This document shows, one piece after another, positions 43,958 through 57,195 of a DNA stretch of 64,000 nucleotides. Under the pieces are notes generated by a model. That model searched no databases and was not told where the DNA came from. It saw only the letters and a list, made by a program, of their open reading frames with translations. The stretch is from contig CAWCIZ010000002.1 in the NCBI GenBank assembly GCA_963795855.1, forward strand, positions 224,001 to 288,000, given 5' to 3'. Position 1 is the stretch's first letter; every line of letters starts with the position of its first letter. A program made the translations under genes and the position numbers. The DNA is from Vulcanimicrobiota bacterium. Its GTDB lineage: Bacteria > Vulcanimicrobiota > Vulcanimicrobiia > Vulcanimicrobiales > Vulcanimicrobiaceae.

Positions 43958-44749
43958 CGCTCTAGGTCCTTCCCGCGTGCATCGCTCTCACACGCGGGGG
44001 GCGCTTCGTCGGTAAAGCCGGAACCCGTGCAATCACAACGCCGGTTATCAAAATCGTATTCGTCGATTGCGATAGCACTTGCCGCGATCGCGGGCGCAGT
44101 CGACGGCACGGGGTATCTGCTGCTGTACCATGTGTTCACCTCCCACATGAGCGGCAACACGGTCGCGCTGATGCTGCACGTCGCCAGCCGAGATTGGCGC
44201 GAAGCGTGGCGTCATTTCGAACCGATCGTGTTGTTCTTCTTCGGCATTCTGGCCGGCATAGCGTTGACCGACGTGCTCACTGCGAAACGGGTCGCTCGCA
44301 TGTTTTCGATCGTTGCGGGTTTGGAATTCGTGCTGCTCGCGATCTTTTTCGCGCTCGCTAACCCGGTGCACCAATGGATGGTGGTGTGGCCGGCGAGCGC
44401 GATGGGCGTTCAGAACGCGATGCTTCGGCGCGTCGGACATCACCGCGTGCGCACCACGTTCGTTACGGGCATGCTGACGAATACCGCACAAGGTCTGGTG
44501 GAGACGGTTCAAGCGCTGGCGGCGCGAACCGGCGAGGCAAGCGAGAAGTTTGCCGACTTTGCGTTTTACGGGAGTATCTGGCTCTGTTTTGCCGTCGGCG
44601 GGATCCTGGCGGCGTTCATCGCGCTCGGACACGGCCGGGACGCGCTGCTCCTTCCGTTGGCCGGGCTTGCCGCACTCATCGCGTACGACATCGTGAGCCC
44701 ATTTACGGCAGAATCGGCGGAGCAGGCATCGGGCGAGGCATCTTCGTAA
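43943..44749 (+). CDS. YoaK/DUF1275 membrane protein (start uncertain)
   Basis: AGAVD, FTSHMSGNT, AMGVQNA, TTFVTG. Confidence 0.85.
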   Translation: MRVFHRSRSFPRASLSHAGGASSVKPEPVQSQRRLSKSYSSIAIALAAIAGAVDGTGYLLLYHVFTSHMSGNTVALMLHVASRDWREAWRHFEPIVLFFFGILAGIALTDVLTAKRVARMFSIVAGLEFVLLAIFFALANPVHQWMVVWPASAMGVQNAMLRRVGHHRVRTTFVTGMLTNTAQGLVETVQALAARTGEASEKFADFAFYGSIWLCFAVGGILAAFIALGHGRDALLLPLAGLAALIAYDIVSPFTAESAEQASGEASS

Positions 44750-44762
44750 TGTTCAGCCCGAA

Positions 44763-44861
44763 ATGACTGTATCGCTCGTCTTCCTTCTGTGCGGTTTCGG
44801 AGTACTGCTCACCGCGATTTTCTATTTCGGCGGCATCTACGAATCGAACAGGCAGAGTTAG
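44763..44861 (+). CDS. Putative 32-aa single-TM protein (MTVSLVFLLCGFGVLLTAIFYFGGIYESNRQS)
   Basis: Hand translation; about 22 contiguous hydrophobic residues; fills an intergenic gap. Confidence 0.5.
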   Translation: MTVSLVFLLCGFGVLLTAIFYFGGIYESNRQS

Positions 44862-44939
44862 CGCTTCACGATCCGCAGGCGCAAGCACGCCTCACTTTGC
44901 GGCTCGCGTGAGCAGCCATCAGTATCGATCGTACCCGCT

Positions 44940-45476
44940 TCACGCCTGCGGCCACTCGAATACGCGTGCGAGCATGGCGGAGCGTTTGTTCACGCCTATC
45001 TTTGCGTAGAGGTGCTTGAAGTACTCGCAAACCGTCGATTCGGCAATGTTCAGCCGCTCCCCGATCTCGCGCGCTTCCAGGCCTTCGAGCATCAGTTCCA
45101 GCACTTCGCGCTCGCGTTTGCTCAAATGATACCGATGGGCCGCGGAACGCAGGGGGTCGCGCGACTGGAGCCTTTCCAGCGATACGGCAATGCACGTGCC
45201 GGAGGGGCCGACTAAAACCGACGTTCTCACGATGAGACCGGTTACCAACACGGCGGTTTCGCCGACCGCATTTTCGTCGGTGAGCGAATTTTCAGTGAGG
45301 TTGCGGACGACGTTCTCTATCGGTTCGGGAAGCCGATCAGGCGCATCGCGCACCATGCCGGCTTCACTGATAAAACTTTGCAGGCGCGGTTCGGCAATCA
45401 CGATGCGATAATCGCGGTCGAGGACCACCAAACAAGGCGCCGACCGCTTGCGGAGCACGCCGGCAGCGAGCTTCAA
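44940..45476 (-). CDS. LuxR-family HTH regulator with PAS-like N-terminus
   Basis: LSKREREVLELMLEG..AREIGERLNIAESTV...KIGV. Confidence 0.85.
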   Translation of the reverse strand: MKLAAGVLRKRSAPCLVVLDRDYRIVIAEPRLQSFISEAGMVRDAPDRLPEPIENVVRNLTENSLTDENAVGETAVLVTGLIVRTSVLVGPSGTCIAVSLERLQSRDPLRSAAHRYHLSKREREVLELMLEGLEAREIGERLNIAESTVCEYFKHLYAKIGVNKRSAMLARVFEWPQA

Positions 45477-45628
45477 ATTGGGTGTCTCTCAGCATCTACG
45501 CAACAACTATGTCCCGCTACCTGTTGATGAGTGTTCATTATACGTGCAGTCGTCTCCATTCCGGGATACCGATTGGGTGCTAGCCCTTGGGCACTTTGGG
45601 CACTCGAATTTCCGGCACGACTGACGAA

Positions 45629-45654
45629 GAGAGCGGCGTTTACACGCCGCTCCC
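45629..45654 (-). terminator. Hairpin directly after the rpoB stop
   Basis: GGGAGCGGCGT-gtaa-ACGCCGCTCTC followed by a short pyrimidine tail. Confidence 0.65.
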
Positions 45655-45661
45655 GCTTTGT

Positions 45662-49579
<3,918 letters not shown>

Positions 49580-49638
49580 TATCTATTTCTCTCTCAGCCA
49601 GGTAAATGAAGGTGGGCGCACTATGCCGCGGGCACGCG

Positions 49639-49685
49639 AAAAAGAACGAGACGTCCCTCCGAAATGAGCGGGGGCACTCGTTCTT
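49639..49685 (-). promoter_or_regulatory. Terminator-like hairpin within the rpoB 5' leader
   Basis: AAGAACGAG...CTCGTTCTT stem whose 3' arm runs into a 5-U tract, between promoter and start codon. Confidence 0.55.
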
Positions 49686-49724
49686 CTTTATATATGCCTT
49701 ATCGGGCGCTGGGCATAGGCGACT

Positions 49725-49753
49725 AGTATAGCACCGCCCGGGAGGCCGTGCAA
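49725..49753 (-). promoter_or_regulatory. Sigma70 promoter of rpoB
   Basis: TTGCAC-N17-TATACT with an extended TG. Confidence 0.75.
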
Positions 49754-49756
49754 GGG

Positions 49757-49915
49757 TTAGCGCGTGCGGTGGATGACGTGGATGCGGACGCGTCCCCGAT
49801 CGCCCCGAAGGGCGGCGCCGACCATGAGGCCGACGATGCCGAGAACCGGCAGGACGGAGACCCAGAGGGCGACTACTTGCGTGAGATACGGGTGAGCGAA
49901 CGTCGAGGTTACCAT
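49757..49915 (-). CDS. Small single-TM protein (52 aa)
   Basis: GGAG RBS and ATG 49915; hydrophobic VVALWVSVLPVLGIVGLMVGAAL with a basic tail. Confidence 0.6.
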   Translation of the reverse strand: MVTSTFAHPYLTQVVALWVSVLPVLGIVGLMVGAALRGDRGRVRIHVIHRTR

Positions 49916-49956
49916 AGTTGCTCCACATAACGCGCAAACGGCGCGATTGGATGCAC

Positions 49957-50894
49957 CTATCGCGGCGCAGTATTTCGTCCAGCCGGCTCTGCGCCTGGGA
50001 TGCAATTTCGCGCACGATTTGCGATGCCGGCTTCACCTCGCGCAGCAAGCCCACCGATTGTCCCGCGTAGAGTTTCTCTTTCGGATCGAACTGCGACCGC
50101 GCTCGTTCGTCCGTCATGAGCGCGTCCTCGTTTCCGGTCCACCGTTCCAGAAACGGCGTGCGCAGCGCGCGAGCGCCGAACTCGTGCGGCCACGCTTTTC
50201 CGGTAACGCGATCGTACACGCGCGTGTAGATGGTTTGCGTTTCGTCGCCCGCACGAAGCCGTTCGCGCGCGTTTTCCGTATTGCGCGCTTCTTGCGCGAG
50301 CAGAAAGGGCGTGCCGATCCAAGCGCCGCTCGCACCGGCCGCAACTACCGCGGCGAGTCCGCGTCCGGTTGCGATTCCGCCCGCCGCCAAAACCGGTTTC
50401 TCGGTCATCTCGAGCACGATTTGCAGCAGCGGCAGCGTGCCGACCGCCGAGCCTGCATGACCGCCCGCTTCGGTGCCTTGCGCGACGAGCATGTCGACGC
50501 CGGCATCCAGAGCGATCTGTGCCCACGCGCGGCTTTGCACTTGCGAACAAAGACGTATGCCGGCCGCGTGAACGCGTCGCGCGTATGGGGCGGGATCGCC
50601 GAATGAAATGCTGATCAGGTTCGGTTTCGCCGCTAACGCGATATCGAGCAGCTGCGGGCGGCGTTCGAGCACCCAGGCGACCAACCCGATCCCGAACGGC
50701 ACGGCCGGCGCTTGTTGTAAAATTTCGATTTGCTCGGCGATTTGCGCTTCGTTTTCGTCTTCATCGAAGCCGAGCATGCCGAATGCGCCGGCCTCGCTGA
50801 CTGCGCGCGCGAGCGCTCCGCCGGCCTGCGGCGTCATCGGCGCGTTCACGATGGGGACGCGAATCCCGAACAAGTCGCACAGCGCCGTCTTCAT
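49957..50894 (-). CDS. Nitronate monooxygenase / FabK-family flavoprotein (3' end uncertain)
   Basis: PIVNAPM, AVSEAGAFG, AQGTEAGGH, AAGGIATGRG, IGTPF, AGQSVG. The likely true stop is TAG near 49957. Confidence 0.88.
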
Positions 50895-50926
50895 CTCACG
50901 TCATCCCGCATGAGGATGAGCGAGTT

Positions 50927-51130
50927 CTATTCCGCTGAGGTAAGGAACCTCTGCGCGGGCACGAACGCAGCCAGGCCGATGATCGCCGGGCGTTGTGCGG
51001 CAGGCTTGCGCGCGCGGCGCAGACCTTCGAAGAACCGTGCACCGATCATGATCGCGAAGAGCGCGACGAACGGAATGAGCGCAAAGTAAAAGGCGGCGCT
51101 TTGTACGGCGTAAGTGTGCCCGTTATGCAT
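50927..51130 (-). CDS. Small membrane hypothetical protein (67 aa)
   Basis: One TM segment; TGaTACACT extended -10 lies 10 nt upstream. Confidence 0.55.
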   Translation of the reverse strand: MHNGHTYAVQSAAFYFALIPFVALFAIMIGARFFEGLRRARKPAAQRPAIIGLAAFVPAQRFLTSAE

Positions 51131-51258
51131 GTCGCGGCGTAGTGTATCACAGCGCGCTTCCTTTGGCTACCACTCTTCACAGACTGGCGGCGCCCTCGCT
51201 TGCACGAAGTGCACTTTGCCGCGTTTGCCGCACACCTCCGCTGCGGCAAAACGTGCGC

Positions 51259-51822
51259 ATGAAAGATTTCAAACGAGCGAAAGAGCCGAAGACGCCGGTT
51301 TCCGGGCCGTACGGGCATCCGATTCATCCGCTGCTCGTTACGGTGCCGATCGGCGCGTGGATTTCCAGCGTGGGATTCGATTTCATCGGGCCGGCCAGCG
51401 AAGACGAGTGGGCGTACGCGATCGGTGCGAAGCGCCTCATCGATATCGGCTTGATCACCGCAACCGGCGCAGCGATGTTCGGCGTGCTCGATTTTCTGCA
51501 GATACCGCCGCGTACGCGCGCCTGGTATACGGGACTCGCGCATATGGGCATGAACGCTGCGGCGCTCGGCTTGTTCGCACTGAACAGCGCGAGCCGCGCG
51601 CGCACGATTCGCGAGCGCAGCCCCGGCCCGTCCGTTACATGGTATCAGCGCAGCATGTCGGTGATGACCGCGATGTCGCTCCTGGTTTCCGGATGGATCG
51701 GCGGATCGCTCACGTACCACTACGGCGTTCGCGTCGCGGACGAAGACCACCAGAAAGAGACCGGCTATTCGGCTACGGACAATCAGGCCTGGACGCAGTC
51801 GCTGATGGAAAATCTCCGCTAG
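51259..51822 (+). CDS. DUF2231 membrane protein
   Basis: GHPIHPLLVTVPIG, GLAH..MN, GWIGGSLTYHYG. Confidence 0.85.
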   Translation: MKDFKRAKEPKTPVSGPYGHPIHPLLVTVPIGAWISSVGFDFIGPASEDEWAYAIGAKRLIDIGLITATGAAMFGVLDFLQIPPRTRAWYTGLAHMGMNAAALGLFALNSASRARTIRERSPGPSVTWYQRSMSVMTAMSLLVSGWIGGSLTYHYGVRVADEDHQKETGYSATDNQAWTQSLMENLR

Positions 51823-51889
51823 CGAGCGACGTTTCGCCCAGGGCCGGGACGGGCAAATAGGTGCAAATATATGGAGGGTCCTCCAGCGG

Positions 51890-52330
51890 GTGAAATGGTC
51901 AATCGATTCCGCTGACGCTTATTCCGTGGCCAAGGTGCGGCGTGCGGTCATCGATGCGCTTAGAGGCCTGACCTCGCCGAACACGGACCTGTTCACGGTC
52001 GAGACGGTCTTGGGCGAGTTGCTCGGCGCGGAAATGGAACGCGGCCATCTGGCGCTCGTCGTCACCATCGAACGCAGCGTCGGCGGCCCGTCCGTGCACC
52101 TTTACACCCAAGGACGTCCCGGCGTTTCCGCGACCCAGGGCGAACTTCGGCAAGCCATTCTTCAAGGGACGCGCGTTCCGATGTCGATCGAAGTGAGCGC
52201 GCAGGGAACGCACGTCGTCATACGGGTTCCCATGGATTACGAAAGCAGCGCGAACCCCACGCTGTGGCGGGCCGCGTCGGAATTCGCGCGCTCGCGCATA
52301 AAAACAGTAACGGATCGGCTGAAAGCATAA
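51890..52330 (+). CDS. Hypothetical protein, possibly a degenerate anti-sigma HATPase fold
   Basis: GGAGG RBS; VAKVRRAV..L, VETVLGELL, GTHVVIRVP; the canonical N-box Asn is missing. Confidence 0.6.
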   Translation: MKWSIDSADAYSVAKVRRAVIDALRGLTSPNTDLFTVETVLGELLGAEMERGHLALVVTIERSVGGPSVHLYTQGRPGVSATQGELRQAILQGTRVPMSIEVSAQGTHVVIRVPMDYESSANPTLWRAASEFARSRIKTVTDRLKA

Positions 52331-52339
52331 ATCCCCCGC

Positions 52340-53668
52340 ATGCCGAGAGTGGCGGGGTTTTTCGTTCGCGTCTTCGAGTACGCGATACCGGATCCGTACG
52401 TCTTCGCCGTGGGCTTGTCCATCGTCACGGCAATACTCGCATTCATCTTCGCACCGCATCACGCGCTCGGAGCCGTGCTCGCGGCCTGGTACGCCGGAAT
52501 ATTCGAACCGGGAAATTTGGGATTCGCGCTGCAGATGATTCTGATTCTCGTCACCGGCTATGCGCTCGCGAACAGCGCTCCGGTGGCCGGAGTATTGCAG
52601 TGGCTTGCTTCGCGTCCGCGCACGACCAAGGGCGCCGTGAGCCTTACCTTCGTCGTGTCGGCGATTGCGTGTTGGCTGAACTGGGGCTTCGGCCTCGTCG
52701 TCGCCGCGCTTTTCGCGCGGCAAATTGCAGCGCGTATGCGCATCGACTTCGGCTGGCTCGTCGCCGCGGCGTATAGCGGATTTCTGATTTGGGCGAGCGG
52801 CATCTCGAGTTCGATCGCCCTCGCGCAAGCGACGCCGGGAAACAAACTCAACATCGTGCAGCAGATAACGGGGCACACCCTGCCCATCGGCACGACGATC
52901 TTCACCGCTTTCAATCTGATACCGTGCGCGGTGCTCGTGCTGGTGCTGCCGTTCGTTTTCCGCGCACTCGAGCCGTCCGACGTCGTCGCCGGAAACGTTG
53001 ACGCCGAACCGGCAAAGCCGCCCGTCGAACGGGGAGCAACGCTCGCGGGCGCACTGGACAATGCCTGGATCCTCAATGCGATTCTCGCCGTCGCCGGACT
53101 TGGTTACATCGTCTCGACGTGGCTTCGCGCCGGTTTCTATCTGGACATCAACGCCGTCATCTTCATCTTTTTCTGCGCGGGCCTGCTGTTGCATTGGACC
53201 CCCGCGCGCTACGTGCAGGCCGTAAATGGCGCCGCACGCGTTACGGGTCCGCTGATCATCCAATATCCTATCTATTTCGGCATCATGGGCATCATGACGG
53301 CCACGGGACTCGCCGGTGTGATCGCGCAGTGGTTCGTCGCTTTCTCCACCGCCGGTACGTTGCCGTTCTGGAGCTTCGTCAGTTCGATCGTAATCAGTTT
53401 GTTCGTGCCGAGCGGCGGCGGGCATTGGGCCGTGCAAGGCCCCTTTGCCGTGCCCGCGGCGGTGAAACTGCATGCATCGCTGCCTGCAACGGCGATGGGC
53501 GTGGCGATCGGCGAGCAAGTTGCGAACATGATTCAGCCTTTTTGGGCGCTGCCGGTGCTCGCCATCGCCGGCGTGAGCTTGCGGCGCGTGATGCCGTTCA
53601 CCGTCCTGAGTTTCGCGATCGCTTTCGTCGTCTTCGGGCTCTCGCTCTTATTCCTCATACCGCGGTAG
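52340..53668 (+). CDS. Short-chain fatty acid transporter, AtoE-like
   Basis: PDPYVFA, FALQMILILVTGYALA, NWGFGLV, AAAYSG, QYPIYFGI, FVPSGGGHWAVQGP, NMIQPFWALP. Confidence 0.9.
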   Translation: MPRVAGFFVRVFEYAIPDPYVFAVGLSIVTAILAFIFAPHHALGAVLAAWYAGIFEPGNLGFALQMILILVTGYALANSAPVAGVLQWLASRPRTTKGAVSLTFVVSAIACWLNWGFGLVVAALFARQIAARMRIDFGWLVAAAYSGFLIWASGISSSIALAQATPGNKLNIVQQITGHTLPIGTTIFTAFNLIPCAVLVLVLPFVFRALEPSDVVAGNVDAEPAKPPVERGATLAGALDNAWILNAILAVAGLGYIVSTWLRAGFYLDINAVIFIFFCAGLLLHWTPARYVQAVNGAARVTGPLIIQYPIYFGIMGIMTATGLAGVIAQWFVAFSTAGTLPFWSFVSSIVISLFVPSGGGHWAVQGPFAVPAAVKLHASLPATAMGVAIGEQVANMIQPFWALPVLAIAGVSLRRVMPFTVLSFAIAFVVFGLSLLFLIPR

Positions 53669-53678
53669 CATCGGCACG

Positions 53679-54359
53679 CTACTCGGCGTCATGCAGAATG
53701 ATGCCGAGGGCGTAGCGTTCGCCGCTGCGCACTTCACTGACGCCGTGCCGGAATACCGTGCGGTAGACGCCGCTCTTTCCTCGAACGGGGCGATAGCGGT
53801 TCGGAATGACGACACATTCGCCTTGCTCCGGAGCGATCACAATCGCTCGGCTTTGCGCGCGCGGCCTCTGCTCGAGCAGCACGAATTCGCCGCCTTCGTA
53901 TTCCGATCGTTGGCTCAGAAAGAACGTCGCTTGAAACGGAAATGCCTGTTCGCCGTACGTATCCTGATGCATGCAGTTGTAATCGCCGGCGCGGTACCGC
54001 AAGAGCAGTGCGGTGGGCCGCGTCTGGCCATGCGCCGCGCATTCGAGCAAGTACTGCTGCAGTGCGAGCGGATAGCGCTGCGGCAGACGCAACAGCTCGT
54101 TCCAGTGATTGGCAACCGGCGCCAGCGCGCGGTAAAGATCTTCACGCAGTTCGGCGACCTGCGGCGCAAGCGGATATGAGAAATATTTGTACTCGCCGCT
54201 GCCGAAGTTGTGCCGCTCCATCACGACGCGCGAACGGAATCGCGAATCGTCGGCCCACAGTTCGCGCAGCAGGCGGCAGACTTCGGCGCTGAGGGCCTGC
54301 GGCCGGCGCGCGTATCCCCGGCTCAAGAGCTGTTCTTCGAGGTTCATTTCCTCAAGCAT
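53679..54359 (-). CDS. 2OG-Fe(II) oxygenase (DUF2086-like)
   Basis: FGSGEYKYF, YNCMHQD, GGEFVL.EQRPRAQSR, RHGVS, GIILHDA. Confidence 0.88.
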   Translation of the reverse strand: MLEEMNLEEQLLSRGYARRPQALSAEVCRLLRELWADDSRFRSRVVMERHNFGSGEYKYFSYPLAPQVAELREDLYRALAPVANHWNELLRLPQRYPLALQQYLLECAAHGQTRPTALLLRYRAGDYNCMHQDTYGEQAFPFQATFFLSQRSEYEGGEFVLLEQRPRAQSRAIVIAPEQGECVVIPNRYRPVRGKSGVYRTVFRHGVSEVRSGERYALGIILHDAE

Positions 54360-54404
54360 GACACGACCGCGAAGGCGTCATCCACCCGGAAGTTGCCGGC
54401 GCAT

Positions 54405-54879
54405 CTATTGCAGCTTCAATTGCATGTAGGTCGGCGAGGCGTACGTGACCGGCGCATACGGCTCGCACTGCTCGAATCCGAGCGATACGTACAGGGAGTA
54501 CGCCTGCGGCAGCTGCGTCCGATCCGTGTCCAGCACGATCCGCTCGTACCCTCGCTCTCGCGCGAAGGTGACTGGCGGCACTCACCAGCGCGCGTGCGGC
54601 TCCCTTCCCGCGATGCGGCGGTTCGACGTAAAGCCGCTGCACCACGCCGGCGGCGCGTTCGAGCGCGATCACTGCCGCGCAGCCGCCGTCGTGCCCGTCG
54701 ATCGTTGCGATGAAGGCCGCATTCTCGCCGCGGTACAGCGCGCTCATGACGGCAAGCGGCAGCGGCGCGCCATGCCGCAAATCAACCGGCAGGTCGCGTT
54801 CGTACTCGGCGAGCAACTCGTGCAACCGTTCGAAATCCGCGGGCGCTTGCGCGCGCCGCACGAGCACGCCGGCGCTCAA
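54405..54879 (-). CDS. GNAT acetyltransferase (indel near 54570)
   Basis: RLYVEPPHRGKGAARAL, then in a shifted frame GYERIVLDT...AYSLYVSLGF...YMQLKLQ*. Confidence 0.8.
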
Positions 54880-55508
54880 TGCTTCAAAATGGGCGTTTGG
54901 CCCAAACCGTTGAGGACGAACTGCACGGCGAGCGCCGCGAGGATGATGCCGAGAACTCGCGTCACCACGTGGATGCCCGTCATACCGATGAGATGCTGAT
55001 ACCGCGCCGCGCCGCGCATGAAGAGCCACGTGATGACCAGCGCCGCGGCGCATGCGATGAATACCGTGAGCAAGCGCATTCCGTCGTTGTGCGCCAGATT
55101 TACGAGCAGCATGACCGTCGCGATCGTGCCCGGGCCCGAAATCATCGGAATCGCAAGCGGAAACACCGCCGGATTTTCGCGCAGCGCCGCATCGCGCTCT
55201 TCCTCTTCAGTGCGCTTCGCGCCCGTCGGACGCGCAAAGAGCATGTCTATTGCGATCAGGAACAGCAGGATGCCGCCCGCGATCAGGAACGCTGCAAGCG
55301 TTATGCCCAAATAGTTCAAGAGCGGGCGGCCGATGAGACCCATCACGAGCATCACGGCCGCCGCGACGATGACGGCCTGATCGACGATCTTGGCGCGGCG
55401 ATCCGGCGGCAGCGCAACCGTCGCGGCCAACGTCAACGGGATCATCCCGATCGGGTCGATAATCGTGAACGCGGTGGCGAACGCGGTCAGCGCGAACTTG
55501 ACGTCCAA
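54876..55508 (-). CDS. MarC-family membrane protein
   Basis: IIDPIG, AGGILLF, VFPLAIPMISGPG, TRVLGIILAALAVQF. Confidence 0.9.
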   Translation of the reverse strand: MDVKFALTAFATAFTIIDPIGMIPLTLAATVALPPDRRAKIVDQAVIVAAAVMLVMGLIGRPLLNYLGITLAAFLIAGGILLFLIAIDMLFARPTGAKRTEEEERDAALRENPAVFPLAIPMISGPGTIATVMLLVNLAHNDGMRLLTVFIACAAALVITWLFMRGAARYQHLIGMTGIHVVTRVLGIILAALAVQFVLNGLGQTPILKH

Positions 55509-55511
55509 GCG

Positions 55512-56453
55512 TTACGCAAGTCTTTCGCGGCCGTGCGCGCTCGTCAAATCGAGAAGCGGCCCAATCGGCACGATGCGCGTCGGGTTAATTTCGTCGTGCG
55601 TGTAGTAATAGTGGCGCTTGATATGATCGAAATCGACCGTTTCGGCGACGCCGTCGTACTGATACAAATCGCGAAGATAGCCCCACAAGTTCGGGTAATC
55701 GACGATCCGCCGTAAGTTGCACTTGAAGTGACCGTAGTAAACCGCGTCGAAGCGGATCAGCGTCACGAACGTTCTCCAGTCCGTTTCGACCGGGTAGGCG
55801 GCGATCAGATAGCGGCGTCGTTCCAGCAGTTCCTCGAGCCGGTCGAGCGTTTCGAACACGCGATAGGCGGCGTGCTCGTACGCTCGCTGTGACGTCGCGA
55901 AGCCTGCTTTGTAAACGCCGTTGTTGAGCGTTTCGTAGATCCACTCGTTCAGCGCCTCGATCTCATCACGATGTTCCGGCGGATATAAATCGAGCGCGCC
56001 CCGGTCCCCCAACGCGTCGAACTCGGTTTCGAACATCCGCATGACGTCGTCGTCGGAGTTGCTGACGATGCTCTTCGTGCGCGTGTCCCAGAGGACCGGT
56101 ACGGTGACGCGTCCCCGGTACTGCGCGTCGGTCGCGGTATACGCTTCACTCAAGAACGCGAAGCCGTTGACGGGATCGGGTGAAAACCCCGGACCGTCGC
56201 GGAATGCCCAGCCGCGTTCGTCGCGCACGGGGTCGACGACCGTCATCCCGACCGCGTCTTCCAAATGCTTGAGTTTTCGCACGATGACGACGCGGCTAGC
56301 CCACGGACACGCGAGCGACACGTAGAGATGGTAGCGGCCCGCTTCAACCGGAAACCGGCCGCTCCCGTCCGCGCGAATCCAGCGCCTGAAGGCGTCGTCT
56401 TGGCGCTTGAACTGACCTTCTACGTGTTCGTCGGGGAACTGTGCTCTTGCCAC
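55512..56453 (-). CDS. Glutathionyl-hydroquinone reductase (YqjG-like)
   Basis: YHLYVSLACPWA, VTVPVLWD, NNGVYKAGFA, RFDAVY..HFKCN, HIKRHYY, NPTRIVP. Confidence 0.92.
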   Translation of the reverse strand: MARAQFPDEHVEGQFKRQDDAFRRWIRADGSGRFPVEAGRYHLYVSLACPWASRVVIVRKLKHLEDAVGMTVVDPVRDERGWAFRDGPGFSPDPVNGFAFLSEAYTATDAQYRGRVTVPVLWDTRTKSIVSNSDDDVMRMFETEFDALGDRGALDLYPPEHRDEIEALNEWIYETLNNGVYKAGFATSQRAYEHAAYRVFETLDRLEELLERRRYLIAAYPVETDWRTFVTLIRFDAVYYGHFKCNLRRIVDYPNLWGYLRDLYQYDGVAETVDFDHIKRHYYYTHDEINPTRIVPIGPLLDLTSAHGRERLA

Positions 56454-57109
56454 TGCGGTGCTTCTACTTCACCGCGAACGGCCTCGCCTTTGCCGGACTG
56501 CTCGCCCACCATGCGGCGCGCCTCGTCGATCGCGATCTCTTTGAGATAGCGGTCCGTGCCGGGTTCTTGCTTCTTGCCTTCGCGCAGCGCTCCGGCGTCG
56601 CACGGAACGAAGCCGGCGTCCTGGATGAGCTGCTCGATCTTCTTTTTCATCTGCGGATAGTCGCCTGCGTAGAAGATGACGAGTCCCTGTCCGGTGCGGT
56701 CGCGCAGCGTTTCGTCGCGAAGCGTGTTGAACGCCTTGATGACCTTCGCACCCTCCATCTTTCGCGCGACGCACTCGCTCGAGGAGAGTTCGTCGTCGAA
56801 CTTCTGCACGTGCATCTCGTCGTCGATGTACGGGTTCGTCGTGTCGATGACCGTCTCACCGTCGAAGCGGCCGATCTGCTTAATCGCCTCGTCCACTTGC
56901 CTCCAGGGTACGGAGAACAGCACGACTTCGGATAGCGACACGGCTTCGTACGGCGTCGCGGCGCGCGCGCCGTTTCCGCACTCTTGCGCCAGCCGTTCGA
57001 GTTTCTCTCGATCGTGCGCGAAACTGAAGAGCACCCGGTGTCCCGCTTTCGCCCACAAGCGGCCGAGCGTCGAGCCGATGTCTCCGGAGCCTACGATACC
57101 AATATTCAT
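56420..57109 (-). CDS. NADPH-dependent F420 reductase-like oxidoreductase
   Basis: IGIVGSGDIG, IDTTNP, VIKAFNT, AGD, DAG.L. Confidence 0.85.
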   Translation of the reverse strand: MNIGIVGSGDIGSTLGRLWAKAGHRVLFSFAHDREKLERLAQECGNGARAATPYEAVSLSEVVLFSVPWRQVDEAIKQIGRFDGETVIDTTNPYIDDEMHVQKFDDELSSSECVARKMEGAKVIKAFNTLRDETLRDRTGQGLVIFYAGDYPQMKKKIEQLIQDAGFVPCDAGALREGKKQEPGTDRYLKEIAIDEARRMVGEQSGKGEAVRGEVEAPQWQEHSSPTNT

Positions 57110-57195
57110 GCCGCCATTTTTCCCAACTGCGTCATGTGCATCGGTTTCGCCGTCGAAGTCGCGACTTACCGAACGCTTGAATTTCGAACTGCGGA

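Noticed and set aside
52328..52362. CCCCGC...GCGGGG-TTTTT hairpin as a terminator
   Set aside because: It overlaps the AtoE-like start codon and conserved N-terminal codons and has a large loop; it cannot be told apart from coding sequence.
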